This document shows, piece after piece, positions 48,030-57,351 of a DNA stretch of 64,000 bases (its first letter is position 1; every line of letters starts with the position of its first letter). Made by a program: the position numbers and the translations under genes. The notes under the pieces are model-generated. The model did no database searches, was not told where the DNA came from, and saw nothing but the letters and a program-made list of their open reading frames with translations. The stretch lies in contig JBAZLD010000004.1 of NCBI GenBank assembly GCA_041650475.1, positions 36,044 through 100,043 on the forward strand, written 5' to 3'. This DNA comes from Candidatus Babeliales bacterium (GTDB taxonomy: Bacteria; Babelota; Babeliae; Babelales; UASB340).

Positions 48030-49151
48030 GTGTTTATTGATAGCATAAAAATAAAAAATTTTAGGTGCTTTAAAGATAATATTTTTTACTTTGATAAAAA
48101 ATTTATTTTGTTGCAAGGTTTAAATGGAACCGGAAAAACAAGTATTTTGGAAGCAATTTATTATGCGTGTTATCTAAAATCTTTTAGAACAAGGCTAAAT
48201 AAAGAATTATCTAATTTTGAAAGTGATCATTTTTTTTTGCAAGTTGATTTTAAAGAAGATGCAGGAGAACTTAACTCTATTAGCACAGGTTTTTCTGGTG
48301 ATAATGGTAAATTAGTAAAATTTAATCAAAAACTGATTAATAGTTATAAAGAAATAATTTCTAGATTTAGAATTATAAGTGTAACTGAGGATGATTTATT
48401 ACTTATAAATGGCTCGCCAGATTTTAGGCGAGCCTATTTAAATCAATCTTTATTTTTGTTGGATTTTAATTTTTTACAGAACTTGCGTAAATATAAACAG
48501 ATTTTAGAAAATAGAAACAGTTTTTTATTTAAGAACAGCCCGTTATTGCTTTTAGGTCAAAAAAAAAATGAATTATTAATTTGGACAAAGCAATTGTGGG
48601 AGTATTCATGTTTGTTACAAAAAGCACGAATTAATTTTTTAACCGATGTGCAAATAGAAGTTAATAATTTATTAATAAATTATTTTAATTTTAATAAAGA
48701 ATTTTTTAATAAAGATACCCAAGGAATTTTGCTTGATTACTTAGCTAAAAACCTAGATATATCTTTAGACTTTGATAATTTTTGGAATTTTTATTTGAAA
48801 AATTTATTAGAAAAAGAATGTAAATTTGGGAGAAGTTTTTTTGGTATTCATTTGGATGATTTTGTTATCAGTTTAAAAAATAAAAAATCACGAATGTTTG
48901 CATCCAGAGGTCAACAAAAACTAATATTGTTTTTGCTTAAAATCGTACAATTACAAATTTTGCAAAAAGATGGCGAAAAAGGCGTGCTTTTATTAGATGA
49001 TTTTTTAACTGATTTTGACGAAGAAAAATTGGATTGTTGTTTAGATTTGTTAAAAAATATGAAAAATCAAGTTTTTTTTACTAGTCCTATAAGAACTTTT
49101 TTAGATTATAAAACACCTTTGATTAATGATTTACAGGTAATAAAGATTTGA
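48030..49151 (+). CDS. recF: DNA replication/repair protein RecF
   Basis: IKIKNFRCF, GLNGTGKTSILEAIYY, C-terminal SRGQQKL and LLLDDF. GTG start. Confidence 0.9.
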   Translation: MFIDSIKIKNFRCFKDNIFYFDKKFILLQGLNGTGKTSILEAIYYACYLKSFRTRLNKELSNFESDHFFLQVDFKEDAGELNSISTGFSGDNGKLVKFNQKLINSYKEIISRFRIISVTEDDLLLINGSPDFRRAYLNQSLFLLDFNFLQNLRKYKQILENRNSFLFKNSPLLLLGQKKNELLIWTKQLWEYSCLLQKARINFLTDVQIEVNNLLINYFNFNKEFFNKDTQGILLDYLAKNLDISLDFDNFWNFYLKNLLEKECKFGRSFFGIHLDDFVISLKNKKSRMFASRGQQKLILFLLKIVQLQILQKDGEKGVLLLDDFLTDFDEEKLDCCLDLLKNMKNQVFFTSPIRTFLDYKTPLINDLQVIKI

Positions 49152-49218
49152 TTGACTTACTTTTAGAATGATCTATGATAGTTGCTCGGCTAAAATTTTT
49201 TAAAATAAATTTTTTCAT
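49123..49218 (-). CDS. Candidate 31-aa small ORF (module A)
   Basis: AAAAAGGAGAGTAGTA-ATG. Peptide MKKFILKNFSRATIIDHSKSKSIKSLLPVNH. Overlaps the recF 3' end on the opposite strand. A hairpin (49236-49262) lies just upstream. Confidence 0.25.
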   Translation of the reverse strand: MKKFILKNFSRATIIDHSKSKSIKSLLPVNH

Positions 49219-49384
49219 TACTACTCTCCTTTTTGCATCATGTGGAAATTTTTTGCATGATGGAAAGTTTTTTCTCAGAAAACGATATTTATATTTATAA
49301 TTGAAAAGAAAACGTCGAAAAATGTTTCTTTAAAATAAAATATATAAATTACTTGATTTTCTGTTGGAATTAGTTAAACTGATT

Positions 49385-49528
49385 TTACTTAGAGTGAATT
49401 AAGGGTGTCTTACCCCTAAAAATTTGTTGAATCTTTGTATTCTTTGAATGATACACAAAAAAGACATACAAAGAAGATACTTTTAAAGGCTTCATTACTA
49501 CTCTCCTTTCTCCTTTTTTCCGCCACAT
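49385..49528 (-). CDS. Candidate 47-aa (or 36-aa from the ATG at 49495) small ORF (module B)
   Basis: The same GGAGAGTAGTAATGAA initiation region as module A. Peptide ...MKPLKVSSLYVFFVYHSKNTKIQQIFRGKTPLIHSK. The upstream in-frame ATG has its own AAGGAG and lies inside the hairpin at 49520-49548. Confidence 0.25.
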   Translation of the reverse strand: MWRKKGERRVVMKPLKVSSLYVFFVYHSKNTKIQQIFRGKTPLIHSK

Positions 49529-49610
49529 GAGTACTCCTTGTGTGGCGGTTAATTTTTTTGTAGTTAAATCAGTATTTAATTTTTGTAAAATTTGTAAAAA
49601 ATGATCAAAT

Positions 49611-49677
49611 TATAAAAAAAAGGGCTATAATTTTCACAAAAAACACGAATTTTGTAATTTTTATGAAAGTTATAGCC
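49611..49677 (-). terminator. Long imperfect hairpin plus T-run terminator for 49739..50080
   Basis: On the - strand: ggctataactttcat...gtgaaaattatagcc followed by cttttttttat. Confidence 0.65.
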
Positions 49678-49738
49678 GTATTAATATTAAAATTAAATTT
49701 TAATATTTTTTAACATAATAACCATTATCAGAAGCAAT

Positions 49739-50080
49739 TTATTTTAATGCTTTAATGAGTCGTTCATATTCTTCGTATTCTTTTAATTGCTTTTCAATGT
49801 ATCTTTCAAACTCTTCTATCTGTCTTTCGATGTAAGCTTTTTGTTCTTTTGTGATTTTTTGACCTTTAGAAATCTCTTCAAGCTCTGCTATTTGAGCATC
49901 AATATAAAATTCAAATTCTTTTAGTTGTTTATCCAAATAAGCCTTTTGGTGTTTAGTAATTCTTAGCGCTTTAGACAATTGTTCAAGCTCTTTTACATGT
50001 TTACCAATATATTCTTCAAGTGCTGCATATTCTTCAAGTTTTGCAAGCTCAGCTTTATTTATTTTTTTAATATTATTCAT
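49739..50080 (-). CDS. Small coiled-coil protein with two internal ~34-aa repeats
   Basis: ELEQLSKALRITKHQKAYLDKQLKEFEFYIDAQI versus ELEEISKGQKITKEQKAYIERQIEEFERYIEKQL. Confidence 0.5.
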   Translation of the reverse strand: MNNIKKINKAELAKLEEYAALEEYIGKHVKELEQLSKALRITKHQKAYLDKQLKEFEFYIDAQIAELEEISKGQKITKEQKAYIERQIEEFERYIEKQLKEYEEYERLIKALK

Positions 50081-50203
50081 GAAGATCCCCTTTTTTTATA
50101 TAAAATTATTAATTATTGCTGGTTCTCAAGATGAAATTATCTATTATTACCCTAGCAACTTTAATTACTAATAGTCAAACAAAATTATTTATTAAAAAAT
50201 ATA

Positions 50204-50719
50204 TTAAAATTGTTTATTTAATAAATAATTTTGTTTTATTTTCCAAATGCCACAAATGCCTACAGCTAAAGCGTCCGTAACATCATTTTTCTCAATTTTC
50301 CCCAAATCATTTAATTTAGGAAACATAGAAAGCACCATCAACGCTACCTGTTCTTTTGCTGCTCCACCAAAGCCTGTAACTGCAATTTTTATTTCTCTTG
50401 GTGAAAATTCAAAAATAGATAATTTATTTTGGTCTGATAATAAATAAAGAATACCTCTTAAATACCCTAATTTTAAAAAAGTTTGTACATTTTTACCCAA
50501 AAACGGCGTTTCTAGAGCCAGTTGTCTAATTTGAAATTTATTAATTTTTTCTTTAAAAAAATCATAAAAACATCCTGCTCTTTCAGACAAATGTTTTTTC
50601 ACGTCTAATTTTAGATATCCAAAATCTAAAACAAATGTTTTATTATTTTCTATTTTTAAAACAGAATATCCTGTGATATTAAAACCTGGATCAACGCCCA
50701 AAATTACGCATGGCTCCAC
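50204..50719 (-). CDS. ruvC: Holliday junction resolvase RuvC
   Basis: ILGVDPGFNITGYSVL, C-terminal DVTDALAVGICG. Confidence 0.88.
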   Translation of the reverse strand: MEPCVILGVDPGFNITGYSVLKIENNKTFVLDFGYLKLDVKKHLSERAGCFYDFFKEKINKFQIRQLALETPFLGKNVQTFLKLGYLRGILYLLSDQNKLSIFEFSPREIKIAVTGFGGAAKEQVALMVLSMFPKLNDLGKIEKNDVTDALAVGICGIWKIKQNYLLNKQF

Positions 50720-50762
50720 CTTATCTCCCTTTAACTATTTTTTTAAAATTATTTACTTTTTT

Positions 50763-52148
50763 TTAATATTCTGTTGGGGCTATATCTTCAAAATGTGTAA
50801 TTTCACCGTTAAAATTGATATGAAAATTACCTATCGGGCCATTTCTTTGTTTACCTATAATAATTTCTGTTAAATCAGGGTGATCTGTATCTGGATTATA
50901 AACAACATCACGATAAACAAAAAATATCACATCTCCATCTTGCTCTATTGCTCCAGATTCTCTTAAATCAGAAAGTAATGGTCGCTTATCCATTCGACTT
51001 TCTAATGAGCGAGATAACTGAGACAATGCAAGCACTGGAATATCTAACTCTTTTGCCAGGGCTTTTAAAGATCTTGAAATTTCTGAAATTTCTTGTGTTC
51101 TGTTTTCATGTTTTTTGTTAGAACTTAATAATTGTAAATAATCTATAATTAATAAATCTACATTAGAGCTAGATTTAAGTTTTCTGGCTTTTGCTCTTAA
51201 TTCCAAAATATTAAGGCCAGGAGAATCATCCACATAAATTTTTGCTTCTGCTAGTCTTGCTGCAGTATTTGTTAATTCAACCCATTCATCAGAACTTACT
51301 AAAGCATTTCTTATTTTTTGATGAGGAATTTTTGATTCTGAAGAAAGCATTCTTAAAACAAGCTGTTCAGATGACATTTCTAAAGAAAAAACTCCAACCC
51401 CAAAACCAGCCTTCCATGCATTAAGACACATGTTTAAAGCTAATGCTGTTTTACCCATAGAAGGTCGCGCCGCTAAAATTAAAAGATCACCTTTTTGCAT
51501 TCCACTAGTTATATTATCAAATGCAGCAAATCCTGAAGGAACGCCTGTAACGCCTTCTCTTGAACTTTTTATTTTTGCCAAATGTTGAAATGTTTTTTTC
51601 AATAAACTTTCAAACGGAACAAAATTAGAAGGTGCCAATTTATTAGAAATTTGAAAAATTTTTTTTTCTGCCGCATCTAAGACTGGTTCAATTTCTTCTA
51701 ATTCTTGCCCATAACAGCTTGTTATGATATCAGTAGCAGATTGTATTAATTGTCTCAAAACAGACTTATCTTTAACAATTTTTGCGTGTTGAGTAATCAT
51801 ACCAATTGCAGGAATATCTTCCTGCAATTCTAATAAATACATCAATCCACCAACTTGTTCTAATTTCCCTATTTTTTCAAGTTCATCTTGTAAAACAACT
51901 AAATCAATTTTTTGATTGGCTTGAGCAAGATCAAAAATCACCTGATAAATAACAGAATTTGCATCATCATAAAAATCACTAGATTTAAGAGTATCTGTTA
52001 CCAATGTCAAATTCTGACTGTTAAGTAAAATAGCGGCTAAAACAGCTCTTTCGGCCTCTTTACTATACGGTAAATTTTTACCTAAAAGTCTTTCTGTATG
52101 GTTATTTTTATTTTTAACCCAGTCTGTAAAAGCCTGTTGTTTTGGCAT
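50763..52148 (-). CDS. dnaB: Replicative DNA helicase DnaB
   Basis: LPYSKEAERAVLAAILL, ILAARPSMGKTALALN, IIDYLQLL, ALSQLSRSLE, IIGKQRNGP. Confidence 0.95.
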   Translation of the reverse strand: MPKQQAFTDWVKNKNNHTERLLGKNLPYSKEAERAVLAAILLNSQNLTLVTDTLKSSDFYDDANSVIYQVIFDLAQANQKIDLVVLQDELEKIGKLEQVGGLMYLLELQEDIPAIGMITQHAKIVKDKSVLRQLIQSATDIITSCYGQELEEIEPVLDAAEKKIFQISNKLAPSNFVPFESLLKKTFQHLAKIKSSREGVTGVPSGFAAFDNITSGMQKGDLLILAARPSMGKTALALNMCLNAWKAGFGVGVFSLEMSSEQLVLRMLSSESKIPHQKIRNALVSSDEWVELTNTAARLAEAKIYVDDSPGLNILELRAKARKLKSSSNVDLLIIDYLQLLSSNKKHENRTQEISEISRSLKALAKELDIPVLALSQLSRSLESRMDKRPLLSDLRESGAIEQDGDVIFFVYRDVVYNPDTDHPDLTEIIIGKQRNGPIGNFHINFNGEITHFEDIAPTEY

Positions 52149-52184
52149 ATTTTTATTTTCGATTTTTTATTTTAATTTCTCATT

Positions 52185-52634
52185 TTACTGGCTTATCGCA
52201 ACAACTTTTAGTAAAAATTCAGGTTTTAATTTAGAAGAAAATTTTATAACAACAGGATAATCTCCAACATTACGAATAGCTTTAGGAAATTCTATCTGTT
52301 TTTTATTTATAACAATTTCTTTTTCTTTTAATAAATCAACAATTTCTTCTGGACTTACAGAACCGTATAATTTACCCCCATCATGGGCTTTCTTTTTGAT
52401 GGTTAAATGCATATTTTTTATTCTTTCTGCCAACATTGCAGTTTTACTACTTAATACCTGTTTATCTGCTACTACCTTCTTTTCTTTAACTTTAAAAAAC
52501 TCTAACTCTTGTTCTGTTATTTTTATTGCAAGTTTTCTTGGAATAAGAAAATTTGTAGCATAACCATCTGACACTTTTATTACCTGACCAGCCATTCCTA
52601 TTTTTTCTACATCTTTTAACATATATACTTGCAT
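52185..52634 (-). CDS. rplI: Ribosomal protein L9
   Basis: MQVYMLKDVEKIGMAGQVIKVSDGYATNFLIPRKLA. Classic rplI-dnaB adjacency. Confidence 0.92.
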   Translation of the reverse strand: MQVYMLKDVEKIGMAGQVIKVSDGYATNFLIPRKLAIKITEQELEFFKVKEKKVVADKQVLSSKTAMLAERIKNMHLTIKKKAHDGGKLYGSVSPEEIVDLLKEKEIVINKKQIEFPKAIRNVGDYPVVIKFSSKLKPEFLLKVVAISQ

Positions 52635-52700
52635 TTTTTGCCTTTCTTAACTTGTTTGTTTTAACATGTTTTATTATTTTTAAAGATCTTATAAAGATTA

Positions 52701-53912
52701 TCAGATTTTTTCTGGCCAGCCAACATATAAAATAGGTAAATCAAGTTTATAAGAAGTAAGAATTACAAAATTTTTCATAAGCTTTTTAAAATATGACATA
52801 AACCAGCTATCATTTACAAATAAAAATATCGTTAAATCTTTTTCTTTATTTTTCAATTTTTTTATTTTGTTTAAATTTAAGAAAAAAATTTCTGAACATA
52901 TTATCGGTATTATTTTAAATTCATCAGAAATTTTAAAAAAAGTTAATTCTGTTGTTTTCGATCTAGAAAACTCAAGTTTGTTTTTTAAAAAATTTTTTCT
53001 TATTTTTAGGTTTTTTAGTGATTTGGGAGTTTTTTCTACAAGCTTTACACAATGTTTTTTGTCATAAAAATTTATTATGCGACATTGATTAATAAGATAT
53101 ACTGTCTGAAAAATTTTTTCTTGCCCCAATTTTTTATCTAATCTTTGTGATCCTAAAATCAATTGTGCATTAGATGGCAAAATAGAATCCCATAATTTTA
53201 TTTGCTCTAAATTTTTATTTAAAAAAAATGGATATGTTGTCTCTGGGCCAACTATTATCAAATTTTCAAATTTATCTTTATATTCTTCTAAATTAAGATT
53301 CGCTAATTCATGATAAATATGTTGCCCTACCCTACATGCTGTCAAATTTTTATCAAAACAGTTCAAGGGTTTTAAATAAAATACTGGAGGCCCTACCTTA
53401 AATGCAAGCGACATTTTAAACGGGCACCAAGAAATCAATGGCAATATTGGATTTATAAATGGATACCCTTCTATTTTCCCAACAAACCAAATAGAGTAAT
53501 TCGTTAAAAATAAAAAATAAATAAACAAACAAAACAAAAAAATTATTTTTTTTAAAATCTTATTTATAAAAAAATTTATGCAAATTTTTGTTACTAAAAA
53601 AAAACATGCAGTTAAAACTGAAACATATAATACGATAGCAATATATATTAAACTGATAAAAAAATAATTTATAAAAAATTTAGAAATTAATAACTCTAAA
53701 AACCAAACAAAATGCAAGCCATAGGCAATAAAACCCCACAAGAACCCTGTTGCAAAAAAAGTTAATCGTTTTCTTTGTAATAAAAAAATTTTATATAAAA
53801 AAATAAAAGAAAAAAATATTAAAAAAGCCAATTTTTCAGGTAAAAAAAAAGCTGCGCTAAAAAAAATTGCCGATAGTGTTGTTCTTAACAATAAATTCAT
53901 TTTTTTGTACAT
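52701..53912 (-). CDS. lnt: Apolipoprotein N-acyltransferase-like (short Lnt)
   Basis: N-terminal polytopic region, then a CN-hydrolase-like triad context: IIVGPETTYPF (Glu), YDKKHCVKLVEKTP (Lys), IIPIICSEIFF (Cys). Shorter (403 aa) than typical Lnt. Confidence 0.6.
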   Translation of the reverse strand: MYKKMNLLLRTTLSAIFFSAAFFLPEKLAFLIFFSFIFLYKIFLLQRKRLTFFATGFLWGFIAYGLHFVWFLELLISKFFINYFFISLIYIAIVLYVSVLTACFFLVTKICINFFINKILKKIIFLFCLFIYFLFLTNYSIWFVGKIEGYPFINPILPLISWCPFKMSLAFKVGPPVFYLKPLNCFDKNLTACRVGQHIYHELANLNLEEYKDKFENLIIVGPETTYPFFLNKNLEQIKLWDSILPSNAQLILGSQRLDKKLGQEKIFQTVYLINQCRIINFYDKKHCVKLVEKTPKSLKNLKIRKNFLKNKLEFSRSKTTELTFFKISDEFKIIPIICSEIFFLNLNKIKKLKNKEKDLTIFLFVNDSWFMSYFKKLMKNFVILTSYKLDLPILYVGWPEKI

Positions 53913-54378
53913 CTTTTATTAGTAAACAACTTAATTTAAATAAAATTTTATTATTTTTATCTTGCAAAAAAGTACTTATAATAATCGCTTGATTATTATA
54001 GCTCTGTGAATTTTGCACTCTTTGTTGTTTTTTTTCTTTAATAACATTAGCAACAATTGTATAAGATCTAAGATTTTGTAAATAATTATCTTGGCTATTT
54101 TTAGCTAAATTTTCTACAATACTGTCTAAGTTTATATTAACAGGCTGTTTTGTTTTATAAATTTTTAAATAATAATTTTCAAAATTATTTTTAATTAAAA
54201 ATAAACTGTAATTTAATAGCGCTTGGTTCAGATAAAAATTTTTATAATACTTCTCTTTCTGAGTTACTAAATCTAGAATAAGCCCCATTTTTTGCCAATA
54301 ACAGAATACTAATAAGCTTAGCATAGAAGTAATCGTCATAACTAAAAGCAAAATATAACCTTTATTTTTTTTAATCAT
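53857..54378 (-). CDS. GspK/PilX-like minor pseudopilin candidate (no Glu5)
   Basis: N-terminus MIKKNKG-YILLLVMTITSMLSLLV is prepilin-like but lacks Glu at +5. Third gene of an overlapping array. Confidence 0.4.
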   Translation of the reverse strand: MIKKNKGYILLLVMTITSMLSLLVFCYWQKMGLILDLVTQKEKYYKNFYLNQALLNYSLFLIKNNFENYYLKIYKTKQPVNINLDSIVENLAKNSQDNYLQNLRSYTIVANVIKEKKQQRVQNSQSYNNQAIIISTFLQDKNNKILFKLSCLLIKDVQKNEFIVKNNTIGNFF

Positions 54379-54847
54379 GATTTTTTAACTTTATATCAAC
54401 TGCAACAAGCTTTCCTTTTTTTTTATCTAATTTAAATGCAAAATCAACAAAATTATAATTTATTACGCTTGAAATTTTTTTTAACCAATTCTTAGTAATA
54501 AAATTATACTCTCCCTCAATTCTTTTTATCCCATTTTTATCAAAGGAATAACCAACACAAACAACATACTCCTGTCCTGATTTATCTAATAATTTTTTAC
54601 GAAAAACAAAATTTTGTTCGTCCCAATCTTGTAAATTCCAGCTAGCACTATATAAATCTCTTCTCAAAAGATCTAATACTATACTGTTTTTAATAATCAA
54701 ATCATTTTTTTTATTATCAATAATTATTTTGTTTTGAATAGAAGAAAAATGGCTTAAAATTAAAATTGCAAAAAAAGAAGCCCCACCAACATATAAAAAT
54801 AGTTCTATTAAAGAGAAAGCTTTTTGATTTAAAGTTTTAAACTGCAA
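54371..54847 (-). CDS. Prepilin-type N-terminal domain protein (minor pseudopilin)
   Basis: QKA-FSLIELFLYVGGASFFAIL has the class III signal pattern with Glu at +5. Confidence 0.55.
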   Translation of the reverse strand: MQFKTLNQKAFSLIELFLYVGGASFFAILILSHFSSIQNKIIIDNKKNDLIIKNSIVLDLLRRDLYSASWNLQDWDEQNFVFRKKLLDKSGQEYVVCVGYSFDKNGIKRIEGEYNFITKNWLKKISSVINYNFVDFAFKLDKKKGKLVAVDIKLKNHD

Positions 54848-55208
54848 GCTCTTCTCCTATAACTAATTTTATGCTACAAATTTGATCCGTTGGTTTGTTA
54901 ATCAAAATTTTGCCTGAATCGGTAATTAATTTAAACTTGAACTTTTGTAAAATTAATAAATCTTTTTCTTGTATAGCATATTTTTCAGAATAAAATCTAT
55001 ATGTTTCGTTACAAGCTGAAATCTTTTTTTCTGTTTTGTTATCTTCTATATATTTTATCACATGCTCTAGTATTTCCAATTTTTTAGTAGCTAAATCCTT
55101 TAAATATATACTTAAAACCTGAAGTTTAGATATCGCTGTAAAAAAAATGACAAAAATCGCAATAGATATCAAAAATTCTATTAGTAAATAACCTCTTTTG
55201 TTTTTCAT
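54837..55208 (-). CDS. Prepilin-type N-terminal domain protein (minor pseudopilin)
   Basis: MKNKRG-YLLIEFLISIAIFVIFF: Gly at -1, Glu at +5, hydrophobic helix. Confidence 0.6.
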   Translation of the reverse strand: MKNKRGYLLIEFLISIAIFVIFFTAISKLQVLSIYLKDLATKKLEILEHVIKYIEDNKTEKKISACNETYRFYSEKYAIQEKDLLILQKFKFKLITDSGKILINKPTDQICSIKLVIGEELAV

Positions 55209-55333
55209 AAATTTATAGTAAAATTAAATTATATTAGATTATAAAAACTCTTTAATTATTTAATCATAAAATTGCATAATTTAATTAGTAAAAAAATAAT
55301 TAATCAAAAAAAATAAATTTAAAGGGGCAAATC

Positions 55334-57241
55334 ATGAGAAAAATAATTTTTCTAATTTATCTTTTTTTTATATTTTTTAACTTTAATGTAAAATGTTATA
55401 AAAATGCGCCAGAAAACCCAGATTCAGCAGCCGCATCCTCAGAAGAAGATTTTTTTGAAAAATTTTTTAAAGAACTTTTAAAAGAAACTGAAGAACAAGG
55501 ATTAGATGAATCTTTAACACCCACGGGACAACCTTTACTTCCGTCCAAAATTCAACAAAAACCATTTGAACCAGAAGAAAAAGCCCAACCAATTATTACT
55601 GAAAAAAAATTAACTAAAGAAGAATATTTTTTACAATCCCCACAGGAAACACCATCAGTTACTAAGGAAAAGGGATTACAAGATAAAAAGAAAGGCGTAA
55701 AAACACCCAAAACCACAGAGACTCTTGTTAAAAAATTATCAAAAGAACGAAAAGAAGCTTTTAATTTTTATATCAATAAATTTGAAGATTCGTTAAAAAA
55801 ATTAGAATCTAAAATTGATAGTCTTTTTACTCTCGATATTTTATTTAAAGAAGATTTAGAAAAAATAAATTACAAAAAAATTATAAATTCCATTAAAAAG
55901 GAACTTGGCCAAATTACTAGTAAAAGCACCCTGAGAAAAGCTTTCTTCTTACCAAGTCAAACAGAAACGAGAAAAAACATTTTTAATGCAATTAAAGAAT
56001 TGGATAAAATAGGACTTCAAATAATAAAACAAGAAAAAAAGACTGAAGAAGAAATCGAAGAAGATATTATTAAAGAGCTTGAACGTTTGTCTGAAAAAAA
56101 ACCGCTTAAAAAAAGCTTTACTTTTGATAAAAATTTGCAAACAAGTATTAAAAAATTAATCTCACAAAACTTAAAAAAAATTCAAGAAAATTTAGAAAAA
56201 ATAAGCACTATTCCTGTTGTTAAAAAAGAATTAGAAGCAAAGAAAAAAGAAAAAGAAAAATTAGAAGCTCAAGCCGCAAAACGTCTTAAAGAGAAATATA
56301 CTCCTGCTTATCAGCAACCTAAATACTACCCTGGGCACAAACGTCCAGAATATCCTTATGGTGGCTATGATAGTTTTCCAAGCAGTTATTATCCATCACA
56401 ATACCCAAGCTATACAGAAAAACCAGAAACAAAGCCTTCTACAATTACCCCCACAGAAACAACAAAAGAAGATTCCGAAAAAAAAGACCGTAAATATATT
56501 GAAAAAGAAAAGGATACTATTCAAAAAATAAAAAACCTTATAGATAGCAATATAAAATTGCTATCTGAAGTGTTGACTGACAGTGCAAAAGATAACGATT
56601 TAGACAAAATTTTATCTCAAAAAAAATTAAGTAAGATTGTAAAAAATCTTCAAAAAATAGAAGTATTAAATGATAAATTTTCTAAAACTGAGCAAGAAAA
56701 TATCTCTAAATCTCACGGTTATAATCAAGAAACTTTTGATGATTTGTTAAAAAAATTTATACCACTAGGTGTAAAATTAGCTAAAAATTTGATACCTAAA
56801 AAAGAAGAAGAAATTCATGCAATATTATCTTTATTAGAAAAAGAACCTGAATTAAGAGACAAAGAAGTAGCTAAATATGAAGAAGAACTCTTAAAAAGCT
56901 TAGATCGCGAAATTGTAGAAAATGGGTCACCGGAAGAAAAGCAAAAGCTATTTCGAGATTTACAAATTCTTATTAAGACAGAACCTGCTTCTGAATATAT
57001 CTTTAAAAATTTAAGGGAAAAAGAGTTTGATCCTGATTCTGATGCTATTCAAAAATTTTTTCGCGAACAAAAACGTGAAAAAGCAAAACAAAGCAGTGAT
57101 AGTGAAAAATTCAGAAAACTGCTGTATTCAGAAGAACAACAACCAGAACTTAAACCAGAAGCAGAATCGATTGAAACTCAAGAACAGGTCCCTCTAGCTC
57201 CTTTTGAGTGGGGGCCAGGTCACAGGTTGGGACGACCCTAA
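55334..57241 (+). CDS. Secreted Lys/Glu-rich hypothetical protein with a Tyr/Pro-rich middle segment
   Basis: Signal-like N-terminus. Low-complexity YYPGHKRPEYPYGGYDSFPSSYYPSQYPSY. No family recognised. Confidence 0.45.
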   Translation: MRKIIFLIYLFFIFFNFNVKCYKNAPENPDSAAASSEEDFFEKFFKELLKETEEQGLDESLTPTGQPLLPSKIQQKPFEPEEKAQPIITEKKLTKEEYFLQSPQETPSVTKEKGLQDKKKGVKTPKTTETLVKKLSKERKEAFNFYINKFEDSLKKLESKIDSLFTLDILFKEDLEKINYKKIINSIKKELGQITSKSTLRKAFFLPSQTETRKNIFNAIKELDKIGLQIIKQEKKTEEEIEEDIIKELERLSEKKPLKKSFTFDKNLQTSIKKLISQNLKKIQENLEKISTIPVVKKELEAKKKEKEKLEAQAAKRLKEKYTPAYQQPKYYPGHKRPEYPYGGYDSFPSSYYPSQYPSYTEKPETKPSTITPTETTKEDSEKKDRKYIEKEKDTIQKIKNLIDSNIKLLSEVLTDSAKDNDLDKILSQKKLSKIVKNLQKIEVLNDKFSKTEQENISKSHGYNQETFDDLLKKFIPLGVKLAKNLIPKKEEEIHAILSLLEKEPELRDKEVAKYEEELLKSLDREIVENGSPEEKQKLFRDLQILIKTEPASEYIFKNLREKEFDPDSDAIQKFFREQKREKAKQSSDSEKFRKLLYSEEQQPELKPEAESIETQEQVPLAPFEWGPGHRLGRP

Positions 57242-57292
57242 CTCGAATAAATTTTGAATTTAATAATTTTGAAATTTAATACATTAAAACAA

Positions 57293-57327
57293 AAAAGAAG
57301 CCGGTTTTTAATCCGGCTTCTTTTTAT
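57293..57327. terminator. Bidirectional intrinsic terminator
   Basis: aagaagccgg-tttttaat-ccggcttctt with flanking A- and T-runs. Sits between convergent genes. Confidence 0.8.
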
Positions 57328-57351
57328 AAACTAATTGTTTATTAAATCATT

